Below the pieces are notes generated by a model. It saw nothing but the letters and a program-made list of their open reading frames with translations. It did no database searches and was not told the DNA's origin. DNA of 64,000 bases from Octopus vulgaris (taxonomy: Eukaryota). Below are positions 50,890-63,877 of this stretch, piece after piece. How positions within the stretch are numbered: position 1 is the stretch's first letter; each line of letters starts with the position of its first letter. A program made the position numbers and the translations under genes. The stretch lies in the NCBI GenBank assembly GCA_951406725.2, contig OX597834.1, positions 3,782,001 through 3,846,000 on the forward strand. Reading direction: 5' to 3'.

Positions 50890-53480
50890 AGCACCACTTA
50901 CTCGATGAAAGATATATAGATGGTCTCGAAGAAGACAATAAAACTACTGTTTACCTGATAGATGGGCAAAAGGCATTCTACAACAGAATAAAGGCAACGC
51001 GACAGAAGAACGTCAGTGACATTATTTGCAACCTTTAAAAGGCTGAACATTGGAAATTGAATCAAGAAACGAAAAATGTGAATGAAATTCTGAAACACAT
51101 CCTAACAAAGAACATCACAGAAACAAATAATTCGATCAAGTATTGTTGTAGCAGAAAATGTGGGTGTTGATGTCAAGAAAAATAAATATATTGGGAGTGA
51201 CAAAAGAAAAGATCCATGGTAGAAAAGAAGAATATAGGCGGGGTTTGATATGCTCGTGAATTACATGTTAGACCGAAACGAAAGGGAGGAGCTTCAAAGC
51301 GAGCAGAAATACAGGGCACTGAACAGAAAGTATGGGTATTGAAAGAAAGAGCTTGAAATTGGTAATGGAGACACTGAAACAGCGTCTCGTTGCAAAGAAA
51401 AACGAAGGAATACCAGCAGAATAGCTTATTTCTGTGTAGATCAGAAGAGATTCTACAAAGAAATAAATGGAGAGTGTACAGATGAAAAGATGATACCATA
51501 TAACATTGAAAGTCAAAGGTTGTGGAGTGACATCTGGAGCAAAGACAAGGAGCACAAGAAGGATGCTAAATGGTTGCAAAAACTGAAACAAACAGTAGTG
51601 TGTCCACAACAGGAAGATCTAGTCATTTCAGTTAGGGAAGTGAAGAAGATCAACAAAAAGATGGGCAACTTGAAGGCCCCAGGTGCAGATGGGGTTCAAG
51701 GCTACTTGATCAAAAGCTTAGTGAATCTCATACACGAATAGCTGCACAAATTAACAGCTTGTTAATTGCCGACCATGTAATACCAGAGTGGTTGCAATGG
51801 GTAGGACTGTGCTGTGTTTGAAAAACATCGTAAAAGGCAAAACGGTAGACAATTATAGGCCGATATCCTGCTTGCTCCATATGTGAAAATTATTGACTGG
51901 AATAGACGCAGAGTCAACTTACGAACATCTGGAAAAAAAATGGAGTCCTGCTACATGAGCAGAAGGGTTGCAAGCGTAAGTGCAGAGGTAACAAGGATCA
52001 ACTCCTGGTAGACAAAATTTTACTTAGAGACTGCAAGAGGAAGAAAACTAATTTACCCATGTCATATGGATCTATTATCGTAAGGCATGCCATATGATCC
52101 CACATTCTTGGATTATGGAATGTATGAACCTATTTGGTATTGCATCGAATGTTGAACAATTGCTTGGAAAAAGTATAGTGAAGTGGAGAACGGAATTGAC
52201 AGCATATAGAAGTGTAGGGGAATAGAAATCAGGCATCTTCCAAGGGAACTTCCTGTCCCCACTGATCTTTGTAATGTGCATGATACCACTAACACTGATT
52301 CCGAGGAAAGCAAAGGCTGTGTACGTTATTCAAGAGCCTCCAACAAAGAGTCAACCCCTTGCTATTCATGGATGACCTCAAACTTTATGATAAAGCTGAA
52401 TCCTAAGTCAGTTCCCTTGTTGATACGGTGTATACTGTCAGTATATCAGAATGGAGTTCGGACAGAAATGGTGTAGTGTGTTTGTCTTGATGAGAAGCAA
52501 AATTAAGTGTACGGATGGGCTAGCGATACCGTTGGGGGAGCTTATGTAACAGATAGAAGAGACGGGCTATAAGTACTTGGGGATATTGGAAATGGATACA
52601 TTAATGGAGAAAGAAATGACAGAAAAATTTAAGGTGGTGTACTTGCGCAGACTGAGACTAATCCTTAAATCAAAATTAAACTTACGGAATAAGATTGATG
52701 CTATCAACACCAGGGCGGTTTCACTCCTTAGATATGGAGCAAAGTAATCGTATCGGCTGCAGACGAACTAAACAGTATAGACAAAACGACAAGAAAGTTG
52801 CTAACTAGATATGGGATACTCCACCCAAAAAGGGACAGAGATAGTCTTTATGCACCAAGAATAAGAGGGGGAAAAGAACTGATTGGATGCGAACACAACA
52901 TTAGAGCAGAAGAAAACAACATGATATGTAAAAAATGCCACAGAACTGCTATTCTTGGAAGTAAAAAGATCAGGCTTGTGTAGGATGGAAGATAAAGCAC
53001 TGTGCAGGCACTTGAGAATGAATGAAACTGAAAATAGATGGATAAAGAAAAGAAGGTATGAACAATTTCAATGGGATGTTGAAGATAAGACAGAAAGAGA
53101 AAAAAGATGGATGATTAAAACTGATTTTAAATCGGAAACGGAGGCTCTAATCTGTACCGTCCAAGAACAAGCATTAAGAACCATTTACATCAAATGCAGA
53201 ATAGATAGCACATCAGAAAGTGGAAAGTGCAGAATTTGCGGACAAAATGGTGAAACCGTATGGAATACTACCAGTGAATGTACACCACTAGTCCAGAAAA
53301 AATATAAGAGACGTCATGACAACATAGTAAGTATTGTCTTTGGACACTTTGCAATGAGTATGGACTTGACAGAGCAAAAAATTGATACGAACACAAACTC
53401 GAAGACATCATCGAAAATGATAATCCCAAGATCCTATGGGATTTTATGGAGCACTTGCAGAAAACAGCACTGCTTGGAAG
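50890..53480 (+). mobile_element. Older R4/Dong-type RLE LINE, many frameshifts
   Basis: LKAPGADGVQG, NYRPISCL, EQKGCKR, LFMDDLKL, QEQALRT, CRICGQNGETV, RRHDNI. Confidence 0.85.
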
Positions 53481-53671
53481 CCCTCCAAATTTTTTTTAGA
53501 CTAGGAAGAGGTAGTGAGGTCATTGAGCCTTGCTTCGGTTGAGAATATATACTACTAACTTTGTCCTATTATGTTTCTTCATCTTTTGGAAGCAGGAATG
53601 TTAAACCATTAAGTAGGCAAGAGGGAATCATACTAGGATGTTGTAAAACATTGTTCTGTTAGCAGTTCAGT

Positions 53672-53913
53672 CGTTGCGTTTTTCCAAGGAATCTAATGCT
53701 CTTAGCTTAGTTTTTCCTTGGGGCTGACCAGATTGGAGCAATCTTAAGATTAATCAGCCGAAATTGCGAGGATGATCCGGTTCTTGACTGAAGATAAAAG
53801 GCTTCGAATGACCCGTCCGTGTTTTATTGTATCGTCTATCTGGATGTTTTGTCGTCCCTTTTTGTATCACCTGGTTGTCCGGATGTTTTGCGTTATTGTC
53901 CCATTTTGCATTT

Positions 53914-53918
<5 letters not shown>
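53672..53918 (+). repeat. Second copy of the repeat at 12872-13113
   Basis: Direct similarity. Confidence 0.75.
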
Positions 53919-53945
<27 letters not shown>

Positions 53946-54356
53946 GGAGAATTCACAACAACAAAAAACAAAAGACGACGACAGGTGGTGTAGACAACAA
54001 ACAGTTGTATTAGTATAACGCTCGAGAAGTGAAAACGTCTTTAACGTTTCGAGCTTACGCTCTTCCACAGAAAGGAGCACAGAAAGAAACAAGGAGACAT
54101 AATAAAAAGAGAAAATAAAGAATGTGTAGTGGCTAAGTGATCTGTCATGGCGTATATATATATATATATATACAATCACTATATATATATATTTATATAT
54201 ATATACGCCATGACAGATCACTTAGCCACTACACATTCTTTATTTTCTCTTTTTATTATGTCTCCTTGTTTCTTTCTGTGCTCCTTTCTGTGGAAGAGCG
54301 TAAGCTCGAAACGTTAAAGACGTTTTCACTTCCTGGGCGTTATACTAATACAACTG
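53946..54356. repeat. Inverted Penelope terminal repeat (family H3), arms ~54002-54165 / 54193-54356, (TA)n in the centre; each arm carries a hammerhead variant
   Basis: CUUU-CUGUGGA-A-GAGC(GUAA)GCUC-GAAA-CGUU-AAAG at 54284-54319 (+) and 54039-54074 (-). Confidence 0.85.
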
Positions 54357-55680
54357 GACATCCAGAGCGTCTATACCGTCATCCCTCACCACGAAGGACT
54401 GCGGGCACTTCAACACTTTCTCGACCTCCGCCCCAACCCCGAACCCGACACCTCCACACTCATTCGTTTGACCAAACTTGTCCTTTCTCTTAACTGCTTC
54501 TCGTTCGCGGGCGAGTTCTACAAACAGTTCTCGGGAGTGGCCATGGGAACGCGAATGAGCCCCAACTATGCGAACCTATACGTTGGCTATGTTGAGGCCC
54601 AAATATTCTCTAGTTTCACTGGTCCCACTCCCGAACTATACGGTCGTTACATTGACGACATTATCGGTGCCACCTCATTCTCCCGTGAACATCTAGATTC
54701 CTTCCTCTCTTTCGTTCAATCCTTCCATCCTGCCCTCCACTTCACCTCCACTATCTCCAACATCTCTGTCTCCTTCCTCGACATTTCGGTCAGCATTCAT
54801 CACTTCACTCTTACCACCTCCATTCACTACAAACACACAGACTCACACTCATACCTAACCTTCTCTTCCTCCCACCCCAAACACACCAAGCTTTCCATCC
54901 CCTATTCCCAATTCCTCCATCTACGTAGGCTCTGTAGTGACGACCATGACTTTGAGACTCAATCTCAACTCATGGCTCGCCACTTCATCCTACGTGGATA
55001 CCCCCTCACCACTATCCACACCGCCCTTGCCAGAGCACGTTCCGTAGACCGTGCATCTGCTCTTTCCCCCTGAACCCGCCCTGCAGTCTCCCGCCTCCCT
55101 TTTCCCCTCACTTACCACCCCACCACCCTACTTCTCCAACGCACCATTCTTCGAGCTTTCCGCCATCTCCAGTCCGACCCGTCCGCTTCACACCTCTTCC
55201 CTAAACGACCCCTCCCCTCCTTTAAACGAGCCCATAACCTACGAGACCTCTTGGTCCACAGCTTCTTCCCTGACCCTACCTCCCAACCTGGCTCGTTACC
55301 CTGCTCCCGCCAACGTTGCCGCAATTGCCCTTAACTCTCCAACACCACCCTCCTCACCGGCACCCATCATCGACCCTATCGCATCATCGACTCCTTCACG
55401 TGCACCTCCAGCAATATCATCTATTGCATCTCCTGCTCTCTCTGCCATTCCCTGTACATCGGACAAACGGGACGCCGCTTCGCTGACCGGTTCGCGGAAC
55501 ACCTCCGAGACATCCGCCTTGCCAATGACACACCGGTCTCACGCCATTTCCGCTCCACCGGTCACTCCTTGCAACACCTCTCTGTGTTCGGATTGTCCTT
55601 GCACAGAGGTCATCCGGATTCCCGCCGTGAACAGGGATTAATCTTCTCTCTTCGCTCTTTTACGCCATTTGGGCTCAACT
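54357..55680 (+). pseudogene. Penelope-like element (Neptune-type) RT + GIY-YIG endonuclease, 5'-truncated, two in-frame stops
   Basis: One frame: DIQSVYTVIP, QFSGVAMGT..SPNYANL, YGRYIDDI, FLDI, SIPYSQFL, NLRDLLV, Cys linker CSRQRCRNC, NIIYCISC..C..LYIGQTGR...RFAEH, EQGLI...PFGLN. Stops at ~55071 and ~55332. Confidence 0.93.
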
Positions 55681-56240
55681 CTCCCCCCGACTCCTACTTC
55701 TCTTCAGTCCTTCATCTTTTCACCCCTACTCTCTTTCCCTCCTCTTCCCTTCTTTCCCTTCTTCCCTCTTCTTTCTTCTTTCTTCTTCCCTCTTCCCCTT
55801 CTCTCTTTCTCTCTGCTCCCTCATTCCCCTTCTCTCTCTCCCCCACCTTCTCTCCTCCTCTCCTCCTCCTCCTCCTCCTCCTCTCTCATCCTCCTCTCTC
55901 TCTCCACCTCCCTCCTCCCTCCCCATCCTCCTCTCCACCTCCTTCTCCTCCTCCTCCTTCTCCTCCTCATCGCCCTCTCTTCTCCTCCTCTCCACCTCCT
56001 TCTCCTCCTCTCCTTCCTTCTCCTCCTCTCCTCCTCCTCCTTCTCCTCATCGCCCTCTCTTCTCCTCCTCTCTCTCTACCACTCCCCTCCTTTCCCCTCC
56101 CCATCTTCCTCTCCACCTCCTTCTCCTCCTCTCCTTCCTTCTCCACTCCCTCTTCCTCCTCTCTCCACCTCATCTCTCCCCTCCCCCTCCTCTCCACCTC
56201 ATCTCCTCTCTCCCCGCCTCCTACCCCCTCTCACTCTCCC
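55680..56240. repeat. Polypyrimidine (CCT/CT) low-complexity tract
   Basis: Seen directly. Confidence 0.9.
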
Positions 56241-56392
56241 CACAACCCCCACTCTACCCCAACCCCCAGCCGAACCCACACCCCACATGGGCTTTCCCCA
56301 CTCTCGCCCCCCACCTCCCCACAACATCACATCACACCATATTCGAATGAAAGAACGCGCACGGTGTAGTGTAATGAATATTTTCAAAAACA

Positions 56393-56424
<32 letters not shown>

Positions 56425-56866
56425 AATTAAATAAGGTACTATTACCAGTAATAATATTAATAAATTTATAATAAAGTGGCCTGACCATTTACACCTATAT
56501 AGGTAAACTATAGAAATAAATTAAGTAGGGTATTAGCATACGACTTGCTAAAAATAGAGCTGACTGTCCAAAGTCACAAACTTCCCACTATTAAGATATA
56601 CACACGACGAATGTAACGAATATAACAGGAATAGGCTTACCTTGTATGAACTATAGAAGCAAGAAGAGAGATATTCCGGTATTAATTGATTTCAACTTTC
56701 GTATCAATATACTTAAGGCCCATCAGCCCGACTTACTGCATAGTCTTTGAAAATATTCATTACACTACACCGTGCGCGTTCTTTCATCCGGATGCCCGCG
56801 CGGCATTCAAAAACGAACATAAAATGAACCAGTACAACAAAAAACTGAGTAAGGTATTATTACCAT

Positions 56867-56891
56867 TAATAATAATAATAATAATAATAAC

Positions 56892-56973
<82 letters not shown>

Positions 56974-56974
56974 A
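56867..56974. repeat. (TAA)n-(TAG)n microsatellite
   Basis: Seen directly. Confidence 0.95.
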
Positions 56975-57124
56975 TGAAGTGGCCAGCAAGTTTATACCTA
57001 TATCGGTAAAATGTTCAAATAAATTAAGTAGAGTACCAGAATATCGCTAAAAATCGAGCTAACACACTAAAACTACAAATTTCTCTCTATTAAAATACAA
57101 ACGTTGAATATAACGAATAAATAG

Positions 57125-57688
57125 GGCTCATACGGCTGTAAAAATCAACTAATGTTCAATAAAGCCATAACTGAAGACAGCCGCAGACAGAAGAAGGGTC
57201 TAAGTATGGCCTGGATCGATTACCGAAAGGCTTTTCATAGCATTTCCCACACATGGATCCGAGAAACACTAGTCATAAACAAGTCAGTACCAATAATCAT
57301 GAAATATATACCATAAATGTCAGACATAAATGTCACCAACGGATGACAGCGTTTCTCTAAAAGAAATGGAGAAACTTTCGAAATAACAAAACCTAGAAAT
57401 AAAGGTAACTCGAATATGGAGTCTAAAAACACAAACAATTCCTCTCGTAATAGACGCATTAGGCATGATAAAAAAAGTATTCGGAGAAATACATAGCAAA
57501 AACACTGGGACTAACAAATATATATAACATAGAGAAAATAGTACTACTAATCACCGTACACATCCTAGGTAAAACACTTTCAGTACAGTGACAATAAGAA
57601 CTTCGCGACAAACCTCAGCATATACCCAAATCAGACAGAACTGCGAACGGTTGCGCAATGAAAGATCGTGATAAAAATATGACTACTT
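57125..57688 (+). mobile_element. Internally deleted Dong-like LINE copy ending in (TAA)n
   Basis: 57125-57305 is similar to 58312-58492 and 57335-57688 is similar to 60015-60378. Confidence 0.8.
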
Positions 57689-57722
57689 AATAATAATAAT
57701 AATAATGATGATAATAATAATG

Positions 57723-57767
<45 letters not shown>

Positions 57768-57770
<3 letters not shown>

Positions 57771-60378
57771 CAAAAGAAAAAGTTCAACTCCAACCCCAAA
57801 AAGTTCTACCAAGAACTTGGCAAAAATAAAATAGAAGTCACTGCAGCACCAACGGCAGAAGAATTGGAAGAATTCTTGAGAGAAATATGGTCGCCGAACG
57901 AACAACCAAAAAAAGGAGTATCAAAAAACAAACTCGGCATCTGAACAACTTTGGACCCCCATAACAACTGAAGAGGTCACCCAGGCACTGCAAAGACTAA
58001 GCAACTGGAAGGCACCTGGGCATGACAAGATCCCCAACTTCTGGTTGAAATATCTAACAGGAATGCACAAAAAGCTGGCTGAAAACTTTAACAACATACT
58101 AGCAGAGCCAGAGACAATGCCTGAATGGCTCACGAAGGGGAAAACCATCTTAATTCCCAAATCAAATGAGACAGCAAAACCAGAAAACTACAGACCAATA
58201 ACCTGCCTCCCTACAATGTTCAAGGCATTTACTGCAGTGATATCGCAAAGGTTGAACAAGCACCTGGACGAAAACAAACTGTTCCCAGAAGAGCAGAAAG
58301 GATGCCGCAAAGGCTCATATGGCTGTAAAGATCAACTAATGATTAATAAAGCCATAACTGAAGACAGCCACAGAAAGAAGAAAGGCCTCAGTATGGCCTG
58401 GATTGACTACAAAAAGGCGTTTGATAGCATCCCCCACACATGGATCCTCGAAACACTAGCCATTAACAAAGTAGCACCAACAATCATAAAATTCATGGAG
58501 CACTCTTTGAATAAATGGCAAACAGTCCTACACCTCCAAACAAAAGAGGGACTCATGAAAACCAAAGACATCCCCATTAGAAGAGGAATATTCCAGGGAG
58601 ACACGCTCTCTCCACTCCTTTTCTGCTTGGCACTGTAACCTCTATCTGATATACTAAATAGAACTGGATGCGGATATATATGTTACGGCAAAACGATCAG
58701 CCACCTTTTATATATGGATGACCTAAAACTATACGCTGCAAATGACAAACAGCTGGAAACACTATTAAAGACAGTTCATGGATTTACCAAAGAAATAGAA
58801 ATGAAATTTGGATTAGAAAAATGCGCCAAAGTAACCATGAAAAGAGGAAAACTAGTTAAGAGTAGCAACATCACACTAGATAAAACCAATGAAATAAAAG
58901 AATTAGTCCAAAGCCAAACTTACAAATACTTAGGAATCCATGAACTAGATAAGACACAACACACACAAATGAAAGAGAAAATAAAAAAAGAATATTATAG
59001 ACGAGTTAGATCAATACTAAAAACAGAGCACAATGCTAAAAACAAGATAATAGGTATTAACACTTTAGCTGTCCCAGTTATAAGTTACAGCTACAATATC
59101 CTTAACTGGACACGAAATGAACTGACCAAAATAGATAGGAAAACAAGAAAAATAATGACAGGATCTAGGATGCATCACCCAAAATCTGACATAGAAATAC
59201 TATATATATACAACGTATAGAAGGTGGTAGAGGCCTTATACAGCTGGAAAACTACTATAAAATAACCACCATAGGACTGCAAAAATATCTACTTCAGAAG
59301 GAAGGAAAACTGATACAAATAGCGGCAAAACACGGGCAAAACAAAAACTGTTCTCAGTATTTAAGGAAGCTGACAAATACAAACAAGAAATCATACCACC
59401 TAATAGATATGAAGAAGAAGAAGAAGAAGATGAAGAAACAACAAAAGCTATAAAACAAATGAAATCCAAACTAAAAATAGAACAGCAACGAACCATGATA
59501 AAACGATGGCAAGAAAAGCCCCTTCATGGTAAATACTGGACTAAACTAAACGCAAAAGAAATAGACAAAGAAAAATCCCAGCGATGGTTGAGAAGCTCAG
59601 GACTCAAAGCAGAAACAGAGGGATTTTTAATTGCAGCACAAGACCAAAGCCTCCCCACCAGAAATTACCAAAAACATGTAATGAAAAGAAATATTACAAG
59701 TAACTGCAGAATATGTGGAGATGGACAAGAAACAATAAATCATATTATCTCTAGCTGCCCAGTCCTGGCTAAGAAGGAATATATTCACAGACATGACAGA
59801 GTTGGAACCTACATACATTGGAAGCTATGCCAACATTATGGAATAACAACAGAAAAAAGATGGTAGAAGCACACACCAGAAAAGGTCACAGAAAACGAGA
59901 AAGCAACCATACTCTGGGATATGCCGATACACACAGATAGAGAAATTAAGGCCAACAGACCAGATATAGTTGTCAGAGATCATGAAGAAAAAAATGCTTT
60001 CTAATTGATGTATCAATACCGGCAGATGACAACGTGTCTCTAAAAGAAATGGAGAAACTCTCAAAATACAAAGACCTGGAAATAGAGGTAACTAGAATGT
60101 GGAATCTGAAAACAGAAACAATTCCTATCATAGTAGGTGCATTAGGCATGATAAAAAAATATTCAGACAAATACATAACAAAAACACCAGGACTTACAAA
60201 CACATATAACACACAGAAAATTGCACTACTAGGCACTGCACACATCCTACGCAGAACACTTTCAATACAATAACCATCAGAGCATCACAACAAATCACAG
60301 CACATACCCAAGGCACACACAGAGCTGCGCTCGGTAGTGAAGTGAAAGCACGCTATAAAAATAAAACTAAAACTATTG
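57768..60378 (+). mobile_element. R4-clade (Dong-like) RLE LINE, 5'-truncated, flanked by (TAA)n on both sides
   Basis: WKAPGHDKI, YRPITCL, EQKGCRKG, WIDYKKAFDSIPH, GIFQGDTLSPLLF, YMDDLKL, CCHC CRICG...HIISSC, RHD, RPDIVV and LIDVSIP; a few stops and frameshifts. Confidence 0.93.
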
Positions 60379-60403
60379 AATAATAATAATAATAATAATA
60401 AAT

Positions 60404-60600
60404 TGATAAATATGGAGACCTAAGGATTGAGATCGATAAGATGTGGCATCTACGATAAAGGTTATCTCTATTGTCATCTGAAAACTTTAGAGATACCCTA
60501 CTATTTAGATGCCTTGTAAAAGTCGGTATTATTGGAACTGCGAGCATATTGCCTAAGGGGCTGTCTGTCTGAGGTCCTTGTTGTGACTTCACAAACAGTA
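60404..60600 (+). mobile_element. Old R4-type 3' fragment between (TAA)n tracts
   Basis: DKYGDLRIEIDKMWHL...LLELRAY region, homologous to the C-terminus at 60060-60270. Confidence 0.6.
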
Positions 60601-60665
60601 CAAAACCACGGCAGACACAATATCTTCAATCAACAACTTTACGATATTGTATACTGTGCTACGTC

Positions 60666-60723
<58 letters not shown>

Positions 60724-60767
60724 TGGTTATAGTGGTATAAATTTTTGCCACAAAGTTTTAGAAGGTA

Positions 60768-61932
60768 TTAGGTTGTCAAGAAAGTTATTATGGAAGTTCT
60801 AATTTTGGTTTTAAATGATGTATAATCGTGTTACTCTTTTTCTTTTTGAATAATTAGGCCTTTTTCCGGAACGTTGAATACAGCATGGGCTAAAAGCAAA
60901 TTCGCATAATTTTCTTATTTCAGTTCAAGCTAGGCCGAAAAGGTTCTGAAACAGCTCGCGAGATCAACGATGCGTTTGGCCCAGGAACCACTAATGAACG
61001 TACAGCACAATGGTGGTTCAAGAAATTTCGTAGCGGTGACGAGAATCTTGATGATGATAAGCGTAGTGGTCGGCCATCAGATGTTCGCAGCAATCAACTA
61101 AGAGCTTTAGTCGAAGCCAATCCACGCACGGCTGTTCGAGAGCTTGCCTCTGGATTAAACGTAACGTATACGACAATTTCCAATCACTTGAAAGAGACTG
61201 GAAAAACAAAAATACTTGAGAAATGGGTGCCGCACAAATTGAAGGACAACCAAAAACGACGCCGTTTTGAAGTATCGTCTTCCCTTCTTTTGCGCAACAG
61301 GAACGACCGTTTCTCAACCGGATTGTGAATTGCGATGAAAAGTGGATTCTTTACGACAACCGGCGACGCTCAGATAAGTGGTTGGACGCCGACGAAGCTC
61401 CACGGCACTTCTCGAAGCCGATATTGCACCAAAAGAAGATCTTGGTGACTGTTTGGTGGTCTACGGCCGGTCTCATCCATCACAGCTTTTTGGATCCATG
61501 CGAAATCATTACAGCGGAGAAGTACTGTCAGTAAACGGATGAAATGCATAAGAAACTCCGACAACAATAGAAAAGGACCAATTCTTCTCCACGACAACGC
61601 TCGGCCGCACGTCGCACAAGTGACTTTGCAGAAGTTGAACCGCCATACTCACCAGACCTCTCGCCTACCGACTACCACTTTTTCAAGCATCTCGACAGCC
61701 TCCTGCGTGAGAAATGCTTCAAAAACCAAGACGATGCCAAACACGCCTTCAACGACTTCATCGCCAACAGAACGCAGGATTTTTACGCTACTGGCATAAA
61801 GAAACTTGTTTGGCGTTGGCAAAAGTGTGTTGATTCTGGTGTCTATTTCAATTAATAAAGTTTTATTTCAGCCGAGATATGAGCATCTGAATTTCAAGGT
61901 TAAAAACCGCAAGAACTTTCTTGATAACCTAA
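60768..61932 (+). mobile_element. Mariner element (Hsmar1/cecropia-like) with both TIRs, transposase pseudogene
   Basis: TIR ttaggttgtcaagaaagtt / aactttcttgataacctaa; TA TSD at 60766-67 and 61933-34. Motifs WVPHKL, CDEKWILYDN, LHDNARPHVA and PYSPDLSPTDYHFF, with frameshifts. Confidence 0.92.
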
Positions 61933-62675
61933 TATTTCTATAGATTTACGTTGATACAATTAGAGAAAATATTACAAAACAATTTAGATATAGATTAAGG
62001 GGCAGTATGTGGGCACACATGCCGAAGGTCCCTGGCGGAAGATGTGAGCACTGGACATTTGCCTGTCATGGAGTAATGACACAAGTTTTCACTGTTTTAT
62101 CCTTTAAACAACCGGAAAAGCAGTGCACATAAGCCTTCAGCGAGATCTCGTTGCTGAAGGGATACGGAAGAAGGAATGCATCTTCAAACTGATTGTCTGG
62201 ACAAAACACCTTTAAGAGTGGACACGGCTTATGAAATTCAAGTTGCCGTATGGAGTTTTAAAGCCATGTTTTGTGTTAAATTAAGCAACGAAGTAAGCCG
62301 TAGCAGTATTTGAACTCTAGAAAAGATAGAACCGGAACAGTCAACGCAACATCCGGACTCTACGTTCATAAAATTCGGCTGACGTATCGCATAGGATTGG
62401 TACTTTCATTATGAACTCCATAGAGAGAGATGCAAACAGGATATGTTAATATAAGCGAGCTATAGAGTAAATTTGGGCGGTCTTTTAATGTGTGCGGTGG
62501 AATGAAGGCTGTATGTGCGTGTGCGGGTGTGTATGCGACTGTTTGCGTGTATGTATTTGAATGTGTGTGTTTGAAGGAAATGTTAACCATTTTCCATACT
62601 TTCTCGAGGTAAGCAAATAGGAATAAACAATAGGACAAAAGTCGTGTTGCACGGTATAATTAACTGTATGTTTGC

Positions 62676-62710
<35 letters not shown>

Positions 62711-62713
<3 letters not shown>

Positions 62714-63677
62714 CTCTAGTTTCAGCTCAGAGCTGCGGTCATGCTGATGCACCGCCGTTTTGTGCTACACTGTTATTGCGAAGAACCTCGTGTAATATGT
62801 GGCACTTGGTGAAGAATGGAGTTTGATATAGCTACTCTCATTTTCACCTCTTGCCGTGAGGTAGGTTCATCTGGGACTTTCGACAGGAAGATGTCCAGCT
62901 TTGATTTAAAAACCGCTTCATCTACTTTGTGCAAGTTCCTCAGACTCTTTGGGAGAATATTAAAAAGCTGTGAGCCCTTGAAGCCCAGGCTGTTGCAGAA
63001 GCTGGTCCTGAAGCGTGATGGCATTGCTGGGATCTTTGGCACTATGCAGTGTCGTCCCGTTCTAGCATTGGTGTAGCTTACAATGCCAAAATTTGGCACA
63101 ATTCCTTCCAGGATCTTCCAGACATATATTACTGCATACCTCTCCCGCCTTCTCTCCAGGGAGTAGAGTCTTAGCAGCTTCAACATTTCCCAGTAGCTGA
63201 GCTGTTGCAAAGAGACGATCTTCTTTGTGAATCTTCTCTGGATTGCTTCAAGGTCCGCTGTTAATTTTACACTGGTGGGTGACCATAGCTGTGAGCAGTA
63301 ATCTAGGGGCTGAGGACGAATGTCCGCCAGAAGACCATCATGGTTTCCTTATCTCTGGTTCTGAATGTTCTTAGGATCCACCCAGCCAGTCGTCTGCACT
63401 TTGTCGCCATCCTGGTAATGTGCACTTGGAAAGACGTATCATCACTCATGTCGATACCCAGGTCCCTCACAGACTTAGGCTCTGGGATTGAAATTCCCTG
63501 TGGACCGGTGTGTTCTGTAAGTTTAATATTCAGTTTTGGATGCTGGTAGCGCAGGGCCTGGAATTTTTCAGCATTAAACTGCATATTATTATCCTAAGCC
63601 CATCTGTAGATTGAGTCCAACTGCTGCTGCAGGTGTGCAACATCGCTGGGGTTCTGTATCTTCTGCGAGACTTTCGT
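62711..63677 (-). mobile_element. CR1/L2-group LINE, 3' portion with tail
   Basis: MQFNAEKFQAL, VRDLGI, LDYCSQLWSP, LEAIQRRFTK, LSYWEMLKLLRLYSLERRRERY. Confidence 0.85.
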
Positions 63678-63682
63678 ATATA

Positions 63683-63875
63683 TATTTCTTTACTACCCAC
63701 AAGGGGCTAAACACAGAGGGGACAAACAAGGACAGACAAAGGGATTAAGTCGATTACATCGACCCCAGTGCGTAACTGGTACTTTATTTATCGGCCCCGA
63801 AAGGATGAAAGGCAAAGTCGACCTCGGCGGAATTTGAACTCAGAACGTATCGGCGGACGAAATAATACGGCTACT
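63683..63875 (-). mobile_element. SINE family A copy
   Basis: Reverse complement of 28550-28740. Confidence 0.85.
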
Positions 63876-63877
63876 CA

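Noticed and set aside
53715-53820. Hairpin + GAAA and a CTGAAGA...GAAT segment in the repeat shared with 12872-13113
   Set aside because: Core spacing and helices do not fit a hammerhead and are not preserved in the second copy.
55569-56430. Pro/Ser/Leu-rich ORFs
   Set aside because: Only the first ~37 aa belong to the Penelope C-terminus; the rest is a polypyrimidine tract.
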